Shown: positions 29,930 to 38,662 of the stretch, piece after piece
Layout of the letters: each line of letters opens with the position of its first letter
Position numbering within the stretch: the first letter of the stretch is position 1
Source: Gemmatimonadota bacterium
GTDB taxonomy: Bacteria > Gemmatimonadota > Gemmatimonadetes > Gemmatimonadales > Gemmatimonadaceae
NCBI GenBank assembly: GCA_040006175.1
Contig: JBDTXN010000002.1
Span: forward strand, 138 to 64,137
DNA length: 64,000 nt
Direction of reading: 5' to 3'
Made by a program: the position numbers and the translations under genes
The notes under the pieces: model-generated
Seen by the model: the letters and a program-made list of their open reading frames with translations, nothing else
Told to the model about the DNA's origin: nothing
Databases searched by the model: none

Positions 29930-30512
29930 AGGTGAGATGCAGGCGCTGCTCGACGGCGAGCTGTCACGCACGCGCCGCGTGGTGGTGCACGCCCATCTCC
30001 TCCGGTGTGCGAGCTGTCGTGCACGCGCGGAGGCGGCTCGCGAAACGGCAGCGCTCGTGCATGCGCTGCTACGACGAAGCATGCCGAAGGTCGACAGCGC
30101 GACTGCGTGGGACCGCTTCGTCGTTCGCAGCGGCGGCCGCGCCGGGAAGGAACAGCGCAACGTCAGGCACTGGGCATCGGTGGCTGCGGTCGCGCTGGCG
30201 ACGGCGGCGATCATCGTGACGATAGTACGCGGTGCGTCGCGACCCGGCCCGATCGCCGATGCGTTCGCACTCGTGCGCGATGCGCAGGCGCATCCCGCGA
30301 AATCGCTGCTGCGCGATGCGTGCTGCAGCGATCATGATGGCGGCGATGTTTCCGACGATGGGCTGCTCACGCTGAGCAGCGTCGGCGAGAAGGTCACTGT
30401 GGTCATCGTGTACGAAGACGTGGACCGCAGCGGCACCTTCACGCACGGCGACCTCGTGCGCTATGTGTCGACCATCCCGACCGGCACGCCCGTCGCACTC
30501 AGGGCGCCCTGA
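29910..30512 (+). CDS. Anti-sigma factor (zf-HC2 type, single TM)
   Basis: The ATG at 29910 follows GGAGGAG and overlaps the sigma gene by 20 nt. HAHLLRCASCRA is the H-x3-C-x2-C zinc motif. TM helix VAAVALATAAIIVTIV. Confidence 0.75.
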   Translation: MREHPAEGEMQALLDGELSRTRRVVVHAHLLRCASCRARAEAARETAALVHALLRRSMPKVDSATAWDRFVVRSGGRAGKEQRNVRHWASVAAVALATAAIIVTIVRGASRPGPIADAFALVRDAQAHPAKSLLRDACCSDHDGGDVSDDGLLTLSSVGEKVTVVIVYEDVDRSGTFTHGDLVRYVSTIPTGTPVALRAP

Positions 30513-30544
30513 TCTCCTCGCCCCCAAACGGATTTTCTGCACTC

Positions 30545-32836
30545 GTGAAATTCCCCGGCACGAATCGGATCGCCATCGCTCTGGTGGCGATCGCCATTGC
30601 CACGCTCACGCCGCAGGCGGCATGCGCGCAGCACGCGGACAGCGCCGTGCGCGACTCGCTCGCCAGGCGCGACAGCCTGCTGCGCGCCCTGGCCTCGCGG
30701 CGAGACAGCATTCACGTGCTCGCGCCCGTCGAAGTGCAAGCTTCCATAGCGCCGGTTGCGGGACCGACCATCGGATCCGGAATTCCCGCGCGGATCACGA
30801 CGCTCTCGGGGCACGACATCGATGAGTGGGAGCCGCGCATTCTCCCCGACGTGCTCGGAACGGCCGCAGGCGTTTCCGTCTACGACGATCTCGGATCGCA
30901 GTACAAGCTCAACGTGAGCTATCGGGGATTCAATTCGGGGCCCACCGTCGGACTTCCTCCGGGAATCACCGTCTTCCTGGATGGCGTGCGCCAGAACCAG
31001 GCAGACGCGCAGGAGGTCGACTTCGATCTGTTGCCGATGGAGCACGTGCAACGCGTCGAGCTGTTGAGCGGAACGGCTTCGCTGCTCGGCCCCAATTCGC
31101 TCGGCGGCGCGATCAATCTCGTGACCGATCGTGGCGAGGGGCCACCGCACGCGGACGTGAGTGTGAGCGGCGGCTCGTTCGGCCAGGCGGAGCTCGAGGG
31201 ATCGGTTCAGGGAAAGTCGCAGACGGGATGGGACTACTATCTCGGAGGCGGCTACGAGCGTGAGGACGGATGGCGCGCCGGAACCTCCGGTCGGAATTTC
31301 AACGGCTTCCTCAATCTCGGGCACTCCGGTGCGGAGCGTGGGCTCGGAGTGCAGGCAGCCGCTGCGAAATCCATGGTGCGCAGTGCGGGCTCGCTTCCCG
31401 AGAGTCTGTATGGAGATCCGCAAATCAACTTCACGCCCGGCGACATCGATGCGCTCAACAGCGAACAGCTTACTCTCACGGGCTATGTACCGCTGGGTGG
31501 CGGGCGTGGTACGCTCACGCTTTTCGGGAAGCGCTACGATGCGAATCGCTTCAACGTGAATCAGGCGCCCGATCCGAATGTCACCGCGCTCACGCGCACC
31601 TACACGCTCGGAGGCACTGCAGACTGGCGTCGTCGCCTCGCGATTCGGGCACACTCACTCGCGCTCCGCTTCGGTCTCGACGGATCCGCGAACCGGGTAC
31701 ACGAGCAGATCGTCAATACGCCGAGCGATGTCGGGGGCAGTCTCGCGGGCGGCGTGGCGTTCGGCAACGCGGGTGACGGTCCACAACTCGGGCTGACGAC
31801 GGATGTGAAGAGCCCGAGTTGGGATCTCGCGGGATACGGCATCGCAGACTACACGGTGAAGCGCGTGACGTTGTCCGCGGGAGCACGCTACGATTACATC
31901 CGCGTGCCGTTTCACAACCAGCTCGATGGTGCGGACAACACGACGAACAACTTCCATCACTTCAGCCCACGCGGCGGAATCAACTTCGACGTGGGGAACG
32001 GGACGTCGGTCTACGGATCCGTTGGCGGAAGCTTCCGTGCACCCGCCATCACCGAGCTCGCATGCGCGGACCCGACCGCGACGTGTCCGCTGCCGTTTGC
32101 GCTGGGCGACGATCCGCCACTCGCACCCGTGCGCGCAACGACGTACGAGGTGGGTGGAAAGCTGCTGCGTGGCAACGTGCTGCTCGACGCCTCCGTGTTC
32201 CGCACCGATGTGCGCGACGAGATCTTTTTCATCGAGTCGCCTGGCTCGCTGGTGTCGGGCTACTTCACGAATCTGGACAAGACGCGCCGTGAAGGCGTGG
32301 AGCTCTCGGTTACGAGCTCACTCCTGAGCGATCGCCTGTCGCTGTACGCAAACTATGCCTACACGCGCGCAACCTTCCAAAGTGACGCGCAGATCTTCAG
32401 CACGCGCTCGAGCTCCGACTTCGTGGGCAGCCCGCTCTTCGGGCCGAACAGCGTCACCCCGGGCGATCGACTGCCCCTCGTGCCCTCGAATCAAGTCAAA
32501 GGCGGCCTCTCGGCTCGGCTGCCCAGGGGTTTTCGCGCCGGACTCGATGCGCGGTGGATCGGCTCCCAGTATTTGCGTGGCGACGAGGGAAACGAGGAGA
32601 AGCAGCTCGATCCCTACCTCGTGTTGGGCGCGCGCGCGGGACTTTCGTACCGGGCCTGGGATTTTTCCGCCGTCGTGACGAACCTGCTCGACAATCACGA
32701 TCCCGTGTTCGGCACCTTCAACGCGAACGCGCAGACGGGTGAGCTCGAGCGCTTTCTCACGCCGCTCAATGCGCGCACCTTCAGCTTCATCGTGCGGCGA
32801 TCCTTCGGCACGCGCGGTTCGAGCGAGGGCAACTAG
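30545..32836 (+). CDS. TonB-dependent outer-membrane receptor
   Basis: Signal peptide. Plug-domain motifs: ITTLSGHDI, GVSVYD, YRGFN, VFLDGVRQN and VELLSGTASLLGPNSLGGAINLVT. A long beta-barrel region follows. No N-terminal STN signalling domain is visible. Confidence 0.9.
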   Translation: MKFPGTNRIAIALVAIAIATLTPQAACAQHADSAVRDSLARRDSLLRALASRRDSIHVLAPVEVQASIAPVAGPTIGSGIPARITTLSGHDIDEWEPRILPDVLGTAAGVSVYDDLGSQYKLNVSYRGFNSGPTVGLPPGITVFLDGVRQNQADAQEVDFDLLPMEHVQRVELLSGTASLLGPNSLGGAINLVTDRGEGPPHADVSVSGGSFGQAELEGSVQGKSQTGWDYYLGGGYEREDGWRAGTSGRNFNGFLNLGHSGAERGLGVQAAAAKSMVRSAGSLPESLYGDPQINFTPGDIDALNSEQLTLTGYVPLGGGRGTLTLFGKRYDANRFNVNQAPDPNVTALTRTYTLGGTADWRRRLAIRAHSLALRFGLDGSANRVHEQIVNTPSDVGGSLAGGVAFGNAGDGPQLGLTTDVKSPSWDLAGYGIADYTVKRVTLSAGARYDYIRVPFHNQLDGADNTTNNFHHFSPRGGINFDVGNGTSVYGSVGGSFRAPAITELACADPTATCPLPFALGDDPPLAPVRATTYEVGGKLLRGNVLLDASVFRTDVRDEIFFIESPGSLVSGYFTNLDKTRREGVELSVTSSLLSDRLSLYANYAYTRATFQSDAQIFSTRSSSDFVGSPLFGPNSVTPGDRLPLVPSNQVKGGLSARLPRGFRAGLDARWIGSQYLRGDEGNEEKQLDPYLVLGARAGLSYRAWDFSAVVTNLLDNHDPVFGTFNANAQTGELERFLTPLNARTFSFIVRRSFGTRGSSEGN

Positions 32837-32839
32837 TCG

Positions 32840-33157
32840 TCAGTCGGCGTACTCGAGCGCTCCCTTCACGTTGCGGAGCATCACGCACGACGTTGCCTCG
32901 GCGAGCGGCACCTGCAGCGAGGTCCCTGCCTCGAGATCGAACGCAATGGCCTCCGTCGACTGACGCACCGCGCGCACTTTTCCGAGGATCGCCGGTGGCG
33001 CGTCGCGCGGAGGAGCGGCTGGCGCGTGGATGCGCATCACGGAGCCATCATTGAAGTGCAGGATTGCGGTGGCGGATTCCCATCCGACCTGCGCGATCGA
33101 GCGACCCCTGATGATGGGCGTGAGCTTCTGGTTGCGAGTCATCCGGGGAGTCTTCAT
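32840..33157 (-). CDS. Small cytoplasmic hypothetical protein, translationally coupled to the HNH lipoprotein gene
   Basis: The ATG at 33157 overlaps the upstream stop (ATGA). 105 aa, no signal peptide, no recognisable motif. Confidence 0.55.
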   Translation of the reverse strand: MKTPRMTRNQKLTPIIRGRSIAQVGWESATAILHFNDGSVMRIHAPAAPPRDAPPAILGKVRAVRQSTEAIAFDLEAGTSLQVPLAEATSCVMLRNVKGALEYAD

Positions 33158-33828
33158 GGCACGGGTGCCTCGCCGTTCGGCTGTGAGCGCGGAGTGTAGT
33201 GGCGGTGTGAGCGCCAGCGGCTTCGACCGCGATTCTCCGCATGGGGGCCGGCCGGCAGGGGATTCGGGCTCACGTACCTACGATATCCCGCCACCCAGTT
33301 TCGCGCGATCACCTGTTGCGCGGTGGTGAGTGACAACGCGCCCGCGCACACGCGCCGGTAGAGCTCATCCTCGAGCGCGTCTTTCACGTATGCGTTCCAT
33401 GGCTGCGTGCGAAACGACTCGGGCCAGAGATTTCGAATCGAGTTCGACCCGCCAAGCTTGAGGCTGATGAGGTGATCCACTTCGTACTCGCCGGGCTCGT
33501 GCGTGCGAATGCCGTAGCTGGCGTACGCCTCTCGCTTGACCGAGGTCGGCACGTTGCGCACGCGCCCCGCGTAACCTGGCACGCAGACATCGGCCTCGGT
33601 GACATCCAGTGTGGCGCCGGGCGTCTTTCCGGGATCGGGCATGATAGGAAAATTCAGCGCACTGTCGCCCGGCATCGAGCCCATTGCGGTGTCCGTGGCA
33701 GGGAAACGCTCCCCCTGCGGAACGGACCCCGCACGATTGCAGGCCGTTAGCGATGCGATAGCGCCGAGCGTGCCCAGCAGACTCAGGACGCGTCGAACGA
33801 TTGAGAAACGGAGAAGCGGCTGGATCAT
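33154..33828 (-). CDS. Lipoprotein with HNH nuclease-like domain
   Basis: MIQPLLRFSIVRRVLSLLGTLGAIASLTAC is a lipobox signal. CVPGYAGRVRNVP...YEVDHLISLKLGGSNSIRNLWPE is an HNH-type beta-beta-alpha-metal signature. Confidence 0.7.
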   Translation of the reverse strand: MIQPLLRFSIVRRVLSLLGTLGAIASLTACNRAGSVPQGERFPATDTAMGSMPGDSALNFPIMPDPGKTPGATLDVTEADVCVPGYAGRVRNVPTSVKREAYASYGIRTHEPGEYEVDHLISLKLGGSNSIRNLWPESFRTQPWNAYVKDALEDELYRRVCAGALSLTTAQQVIARNWVAGYRRYVSPNPLPAGPHAENRGRSRWRSHRHYTPRSQPNGEAPVP

Positions 33829-33954
33829 GCCATGAAGTTAGTGGCGCAGCCACCGGTGTATCTGTCGATTGACGCGACCGCGTGCGCGCGCCAACGTGGT
33901 GTCAATCGACCCTCCCCATCCGGGGCGGGCGCTTTCACTCCAGCATCCACTCTC

Positions 33955-34629
33955 ATGCTACGTGCCAAGCTCGGTCTCGCTGCGATGTGTCTCCTCGTGA
34001 CGAACTCCTCGCAACTCGCCGCACAGAGATTCGACGGTGTCATGCAGTTCGTCTTGTACGGCGATAAAGAGGACGCGCCGGATACGATCACTGTGATGAC
34101 GAAGGGCTCCAAGATGCGAATGGAGGGGATGGGGAGTAGCGGGGGCGCCATGATCATGGATGGTACATCGCGCCTCATCATCCTCCCCGATCAGAAGCAG
34201 TACATGGAAATGCCGGCGAATCTCGGCGACCGAATCGCATCAAAAGAATCGGCGAGGCATCACGGAATCGCCGTAAAGACCGGGAAAACGGAGAGGGTTG
34301 CGGGTATTTCATGCGATGACTGGCACTACAAAGGCACGGATAAGGATGGCAAGCCGGAAGAAGGGGACGTGTGCATGGCAAAAGGCGCGGGGCTCATGAT
34401 CAATCGTCTCGCGGGTGGCATGATGGATCACGTGTTCGGCGAGGGCGGAAAGGAGTTCAACGAAGCGATGAACAATGGTGGCGGCCTCATGAAGGTCACG
34501 GATAACGGCAAGCTCGCTTTTGTGGCAATCAGAGCTCAGTCGTCATCGGTGCCCGACGCGATGTTCGCGCCACCCGCCGGCTACAGCAAGATGGAAATGC
34601 CGCAAATGGGGAAACCGCACAAACCGTAA
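33955..34629 (+). CDS. Secreted hypothetical protein (DUF4412-like)
   Basis: ATG at 33955. Signal peptide MLRAKLGLAAMCLLVTNSSQLAAQ. Met/Gly-rich with MRMEGMGSSGGAMIMDG, and a C-terminal PPAGYSKMEMP. Confidence 0.6.
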   Translation: MLRAKLGLAAMCLLVTNSSQLAAQRFDGVMQFVLYGDKEDAPDTITVMTKGSKMRMEGMGSSGGAMIMDGTSRLIILPDQKQYMEMPANLGDRIASKESARHHGIAVKTGKTERVAGISCDDWHYKGTDKDGKPEEGDVCMAKGAGLMINRLAGGMMDHVFGEGGKEFNEAMNNGGGLMKVTDNGKLAFVAIRAQSSSVPDAMFAPPAGYSKMEMPQMGKPHKP

Positions 34630-34636
34630 CGACTGC

Positions 34637-35434
34637 TCACCCTCCTGCGCTCGTGTATCGCGTGAGCGCGACGCGCCAGAGTAGTCGACTCGCGCCGAGC
34701 GCAGCGATGCCGACCGCGAGAGCTCCGAGCGCGAGCGCAGGGCGCAGCCGACCCGTGAGCGCCGAGGCGGGAATGGTGGTCGTCCACGCAATCGGAATCA
34801 GATAGACGAAGAGAAAGCGGAGCGCGCCCGGATATGCACTCACCGGGTAGCGCGCCGCTTCGAAGAGCGCGTCGAACAGCGCCGCCATGTTCTCGACGGC
34901 GACGAACCAGAACGCGAGGCTCATCAGCGCAACCCAGATCGCGTAGACGACCGCGATCGCCACGACGAACGTCACCATGAACGCGATGAGCTCCCACGCG
35001 GTGACGGCGCGCCCCGTCTGCACTAGCGCGTATGCGGCCAGCCCGAGTCCGAGCACCACGTCTGCGAGCCGCCACACGTCGAGACGGCGGAAGGAGATGT
35101 AGAACTGCGCGTCGACCGGCCGCACGAGCATGAGATCGAGCGCGCCGCTGCGCACATCACTGGGCAGATGCCCGATGCCGGGTCGCAGCACCGCCTCGAC
35201 CACACCGGCGAGCGCATTGAAAACGCCGAGTAGCACGACGACATCCCAGTATCCCCAGCCGCCGAGCTGCGGGGTGTGCCGAAAATAGAGTGCGACGGTG
35301 AGTACTGCCATCGCAAGCCAGAACACTGTGCCAAGCAGGCTCGCAATGAAGTTGCCCCGGTACTGCAGCTCCTCGAGCCAGTTGAGCTGCCAGCACGCGC
35401 GCAGCACGGTCATCGCGCGACGAGCGCTGATCAT
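34637..35434 (-). CDS. ABC-2 family transporter permease (DUF990-like)
   Basis: The ATG at 35434 forms an ATGA overlap with the upstream permease stop. Six TM helices, with LEELQYRGNF near the N-terminus. Confidence 0.75.
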   Translation of the reverse strand: MISARRAMTVLRACWQLNWLEELQYRGNFIASLLGTVFWLAMAVLTVALYFRHTPQLGGWGYWDVVVLLGVFNALAGVVEAVLRPGIGHLPSDVRSGALDLMLVRPVDAQFYISFRRLDVWRLADVVLGLGLAAYALVQTGRAVTAWELIAFMVTFVVAIAVVYAIWVALMSLAFWFVAVENMAALFDALFEAARYPVSAYPGALRFLFVYLIPIAWTTTIPASALTGRLRPALALGALAVGIAALGASRLLWRVALTRYTSAGG

Positions 35435-36261
35435 CCGCCCACCGCGCCGTAGTGGCGGCGTCCGCGTGTCCACACCAGGAAATAGAGCGCGAGCCAGATC
35501 GCGAGCCAGATCACCTGGCCCGTGAAGCCCCGCGCGTACTGTGCGCTGGTCTTGACCGCGCCAGTGAGCACCTCTACCGGAAACGACAACACGTACGGAA
35601 ACCAGAGATACCCGGCCACATGCGCCACTCGCGGCGGGAGAAGCGACAGCGGCGCGATGCGGCCGGAGAGAAACAGCGAGATACCGAACTGGAGCTCCAC
35701 GAGTGCGGTCGCGCGCGTGGTCCAGAACGCGAGCAATCCCGTCGCGTAGCCGTTCAGGAATCGGATTGCGGCGGCAAGCACGATGGCAAGGATCGCGAGC
35801 GCCCAGCGGCCCGGCTCGAACGGAATGCGCACGGCCGGCCAGAACGCGGCCGCGACGATCCATGCAGTGAGAATGATCGTCGCAGTCGGGGCTTTGTACG
35901 CGATGTTGTCCGCGATCGCCTCGTGTATCGGAGCAATGGGTCGCGTGAGCCGGTAGTTCATCTCGCCTTCGCGAATCCACCGATCGATGTTCCACGCGTC
36001 CCACGAGAGCGTCGCCTGATTCACCAGCGCAACGCCGAAGAAGTACTGCGCGAACGCCTCGCGAGAAAAGCCATCCACGGCGCCCGCTGCAGCGATCGAC
36101 CACCAGATGCCGAGTGAGATGATGGGCTCGGTGATCCCCCAGATGATCCAGATGGCAATCGACGCGCGATACTGCAGGTCGACGAGAAACGCGGAGCGCA
36201 TGAGCTCCGCATACTGGTCGCGAAACGTCGCGACCGGGCTGCGTGTTGCCGCGTCGCTCAT
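35431..36261 (-). CDS. ABC-2 family transporter permease (DUF990-like)
   Basis: The ATG at 36261 forms an ATGA overlap with the ATPase stop. LVDLQYRASIAIWIIWG; polytopic. Confidence 0.75.
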   Translation of the reverse strand: MSDAATRSPVATFRDQYAELMRSAFLVDLQYRASIAIWIIWGITEPIISLGIWWSIAAAGAVDGFSREAFAQYFFGVALVNQATLSWDAWNIDRWIREGEMNYRLTRPIAPIHEAIADNIAYKAPTATIILTAWIVAAAFWPAVRIPFEPGRWALAILAIVLAAAIRFLNGYATGLLAFWTTRATALVELQFGISLFLSGRIAPLSLLPPRVAHVAGYLWFPYVLSFPVEVLTGAVKTSAQYARGFTGQVIWLAIWLALYFLVWTRGRRHYGAVGG

Positions 36262-37298
36262 ACCGGCGCGCGACGCACGTCCACGCGCACGGGCGACTCT
36301 TCCTCGATCTCCGCGTTCTGCTCGCCTTCGCCGAATGCAATGCGGATGACTTCCTCGATCGGCGGATCCTGAATCGAGAGATCCGCTACCGCGAGGTCCG
36401 CCAGCAGTCGCGCACTGGCATGCGTCGCACTCTCGCGAGGCACCTCGATGGTCGCACTCGGCGGCGCGAAGTGCGCCACGCGGCCATACTCCTCGAGCCG
36501 TGCGCGCGGCACTGGCTCCGACAGCACGAGCTCGATGCGCTTGATCGGCGCGATGCGCGCCACGAGCTCGGACAGCTCGCCATCGTAGAGCAGCCTGCCG
36601 CGATTGATGATGAGCACGCGCGAGGTCAGCGCCGTCACGTCCGCCATGTAGTGTGACGTGAGCAGAACCGTGGCGTCGTGCCGCTCGCGGTACTCGCCGA
36701 GAAAATTGCGAATCGTTTGCTGCGCCTCGAGATCGAGACCGAGCGTGGGCTCATCCAGAAACAGCACCTCGGGCTGGTGGAGCAGCGCGGCAGCGAGCTC
36801 GCACTTCATGCGCTCGCCGAGCGAGAGTTGGCGCACGGGCTTGTCCACGAGGTCGCCGAGTACGAGCAGGTCGACCAGCTCCGCACGTCTCGCGGTGTAG
36901 TCTGCGTTCGACACGCCGTAGATGGCCCGATTCAGCCTGAACGTCTCTTCGGGCGGAAGGTCCCAGAGCAGCTGCTGCTTGTTCCCGAGCACGAATGCGA
37001 TGCGCTGGCGAAAGGCGTTGCCGCCGGTCCATGGGTCGCACCCAGCGACCTGTGCGCGTCCGGCACTCGGGAAGAGCAACCCGGTGAGCATCTTGAGCGT
37101 CGTCGTCTTGCCCGCGCCGTTCGGGCCGAGGAACGCAACGGCATCGCCCCGCTCGATCGCGAACGACACGTTGTCCACCGCGCGCACCTGCCGATATCGC
37201 GGACGTACGAGCGCCGCGAGCGCACCCTTGATCCCGGGGTCGCGTACCTTCACATCGTACGTCTTGCTGATTTCGGTGGCGACGATGGCGGCGGGCAT
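36258..37298 (-). CDS. ABC transporter ATP-binding protein
   Basis: Walker A GPNGAGKTT, signature LSLGERMK, Walker B VLFLDEPTLGLD, H-loop TSHYM. Confidence 0.9.
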   Translation of the reverse strand: MPAAIVATEISKTYDVKVRDPGIKGALAALVRPRYRQVRAVDNVSFAIERGDAVAFLGPNGAGKTTTLKMLTGLLFPSAGRAQVAGCDPWTGGNAFRQRIAFVLGNKQQLLWDLPPEETFRLNRAIYGVSNADYTARRAELVDLLVLGDLVDKPVRQLSLGERMKCELAAALLHQPEVLFLDEPTLGLDLEAQQTIRNFLGEYRERHDATVLLTSHYMADVTALTSRVLIINRGRLLYDGELSELVARIAPIKRIELVLSEPVPRARLEEYGRVAHFAPPSATIEVPRESATHASARLLADLAVADLSIQDPPIEEVIRIAFGEGEQNAEIEEESPVRVDVRRAPV

Positions 37299-37379
37299 CG
37301 GAGAAAGATGTGTCGCGCCGGACCGTTCGGGCTATCCCGCCACGCACTCGCGAAGCGTACCCCTAACTATGATCCGCAG

Positions 37380-38654
37380 TTACGCCGCCGCCTCCACCAG
37401 CGCCGCGACCTCGCGTACGCGCGGCGCGATCACCGGCGAATCATCGATCGAGCCGCTGATCGCATCGAGCGTCTTGAGCCCGTTGCCCGTGATGCACAGC
37501 ACCACTTCGTCATTCTTGCCGAAGCGTCCCTGCTCGGCGAGGGCGAGTGCGCCCGCGACCGTGGCGCCGCCCGCAGTCTCCGTGAAGATTCCGGTCGTCT
37601 CGGCGAGCAGGCGAATGGCGGCCACGATGCACTCATCGCTCACAGCGGCGGACCAGCCGCCCGTGCCACGCATCGCGCGCGCGGCGAACACGCCGTCGGC
37701 CGGATTGCCGATCGCGATCGACTTCGCGATGGTGTCCGGAATCTGCGGAACGATCGTCTCACCGCCGCTCTCGACGAGCCTCGTGATCGGCGAGCAGCCG
37801 GAGGCCTGCGCGCCATAGAGCCGCGGCGCTTCGTCGGACACCAGCCCCGCATCGCGGATCTCGCCGAACGCCTTGTGCAGCTTCGTCAGCAGTGAGCCGC
37901 CCGCCATCGGCACGACCACCGCGCTCGGCAGTCTCCATCCCAGCTGCTCGGCGATCTCGAAGCCCATCGTCTTCGAGCCCTCGCCGTAGTAGCCGCGCAG
38001 ATTCACGTTCACGATTCCCCAGCCGAAGCGATCGGCGAGCTGCGCGCACAGACGGTTCACGTCATCGTAGTGCCCGCGTACGCGCACGAGATTCGGTCCA
38101 TACACCGCGGTGCCGAGCACCTTGGCCTGCTCGAGATTGTCAGGGATGAAGATCCAGGCGGGAATGCCCGCGCGCGCGGCCTGAGCGGCGACGGCGTTCG
38201 CGAGATTTCCCGTCGACGCGCAACCGAGGGTGTCGAGGCCGAGCGCTTTCGCGGCATTGATCGCGGAGGCGACGACGCGGTCCTTGAACGAGAGCGACGG
38301 GTGCGACACCGCGTCGTTCTTGATCCAGAGCTTGGCGACGCCGAGCTTGTCGGCGAGTCGCGGTGCATCGACGAGCGGCGTGAAGCCCGTGTCCTGCGAG
38401 AGCGTCGGCGTTCCCTCGAAGGGGAGCCACTCGCGATATCGCCACATCGAGTGCGGCCGCGTCGCAATCTCCGCGCGCCCTGGAAGCCGCCGCGATGCCG
38501 GATACATGGGCTCGAGCGGACCGAGGCAGGATCCGCAGATTGCTTCCGGTGCGGCATCGAACTCTGCGCCGCAAACCTTACAGTGCTGCGGGAGCGCGCG
38601 TACCGAAGCTGACGAAGGGATGGCACCGCGTGCCGGAAGCTCTGCAGTGTGCAT
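37380..38654 (-). CDS. thrC: Threonine synthase family PLP enzyme with N-terminal zinc ribbon (ThrC/MetM-like)
   Basis: CKVCGAEF...CGSCLGPLE zinc ribbon. PLP-lysine motif SFKDR. GCASTGNLA, then a C-terminal GNGLK. It lies 8 nt downstream of moeZ. Confidence 0.8.
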   Translation of the reverse strand: MHTAELPARGAIPSSASVRALPQHCKVCGAEFDAAPEAICGSCLGPLEPMYPASRRLPGRAEIATRPHSMWRYREWLPFEGTPTLSQDTGFTPLVDAPRLADKLGVAKLWIKNDAVSHPSLSFKDRVVASAINAAKALGLDTLGCASTGNLANAVAAQAARAGIPAWIFIPDNLEQAKVLGTAVYGPNLVRVRGHYDDVNRLCAQLADRFGWGIVNVNLRGYYGEGSKTMGFEIAEQLGWRLPSAVVVPMAGGSLLTKLHKAFGEIRDAGLVSDEAPRLYGAQASGCSPITRLVESGGETIVPQIPDTIAKSIAIGNPADGVFAARAMRGTGGWSAAVSDECIVAAIRLLAETTGIFTETAGGATVAGALALAEQGRFGKNDEVVLCITGNGLKTLDAISGSIDDSPVIAPRVREVAALVEAAA

Positions 38655-38662
38655 GTCGCTCT

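Noticed and set aside
30461-31654. A 397-aa minus-strand ORF.
   Set aside because: It is antisense to the TonB-dependent receptor plug and barrel, and has no motifs.
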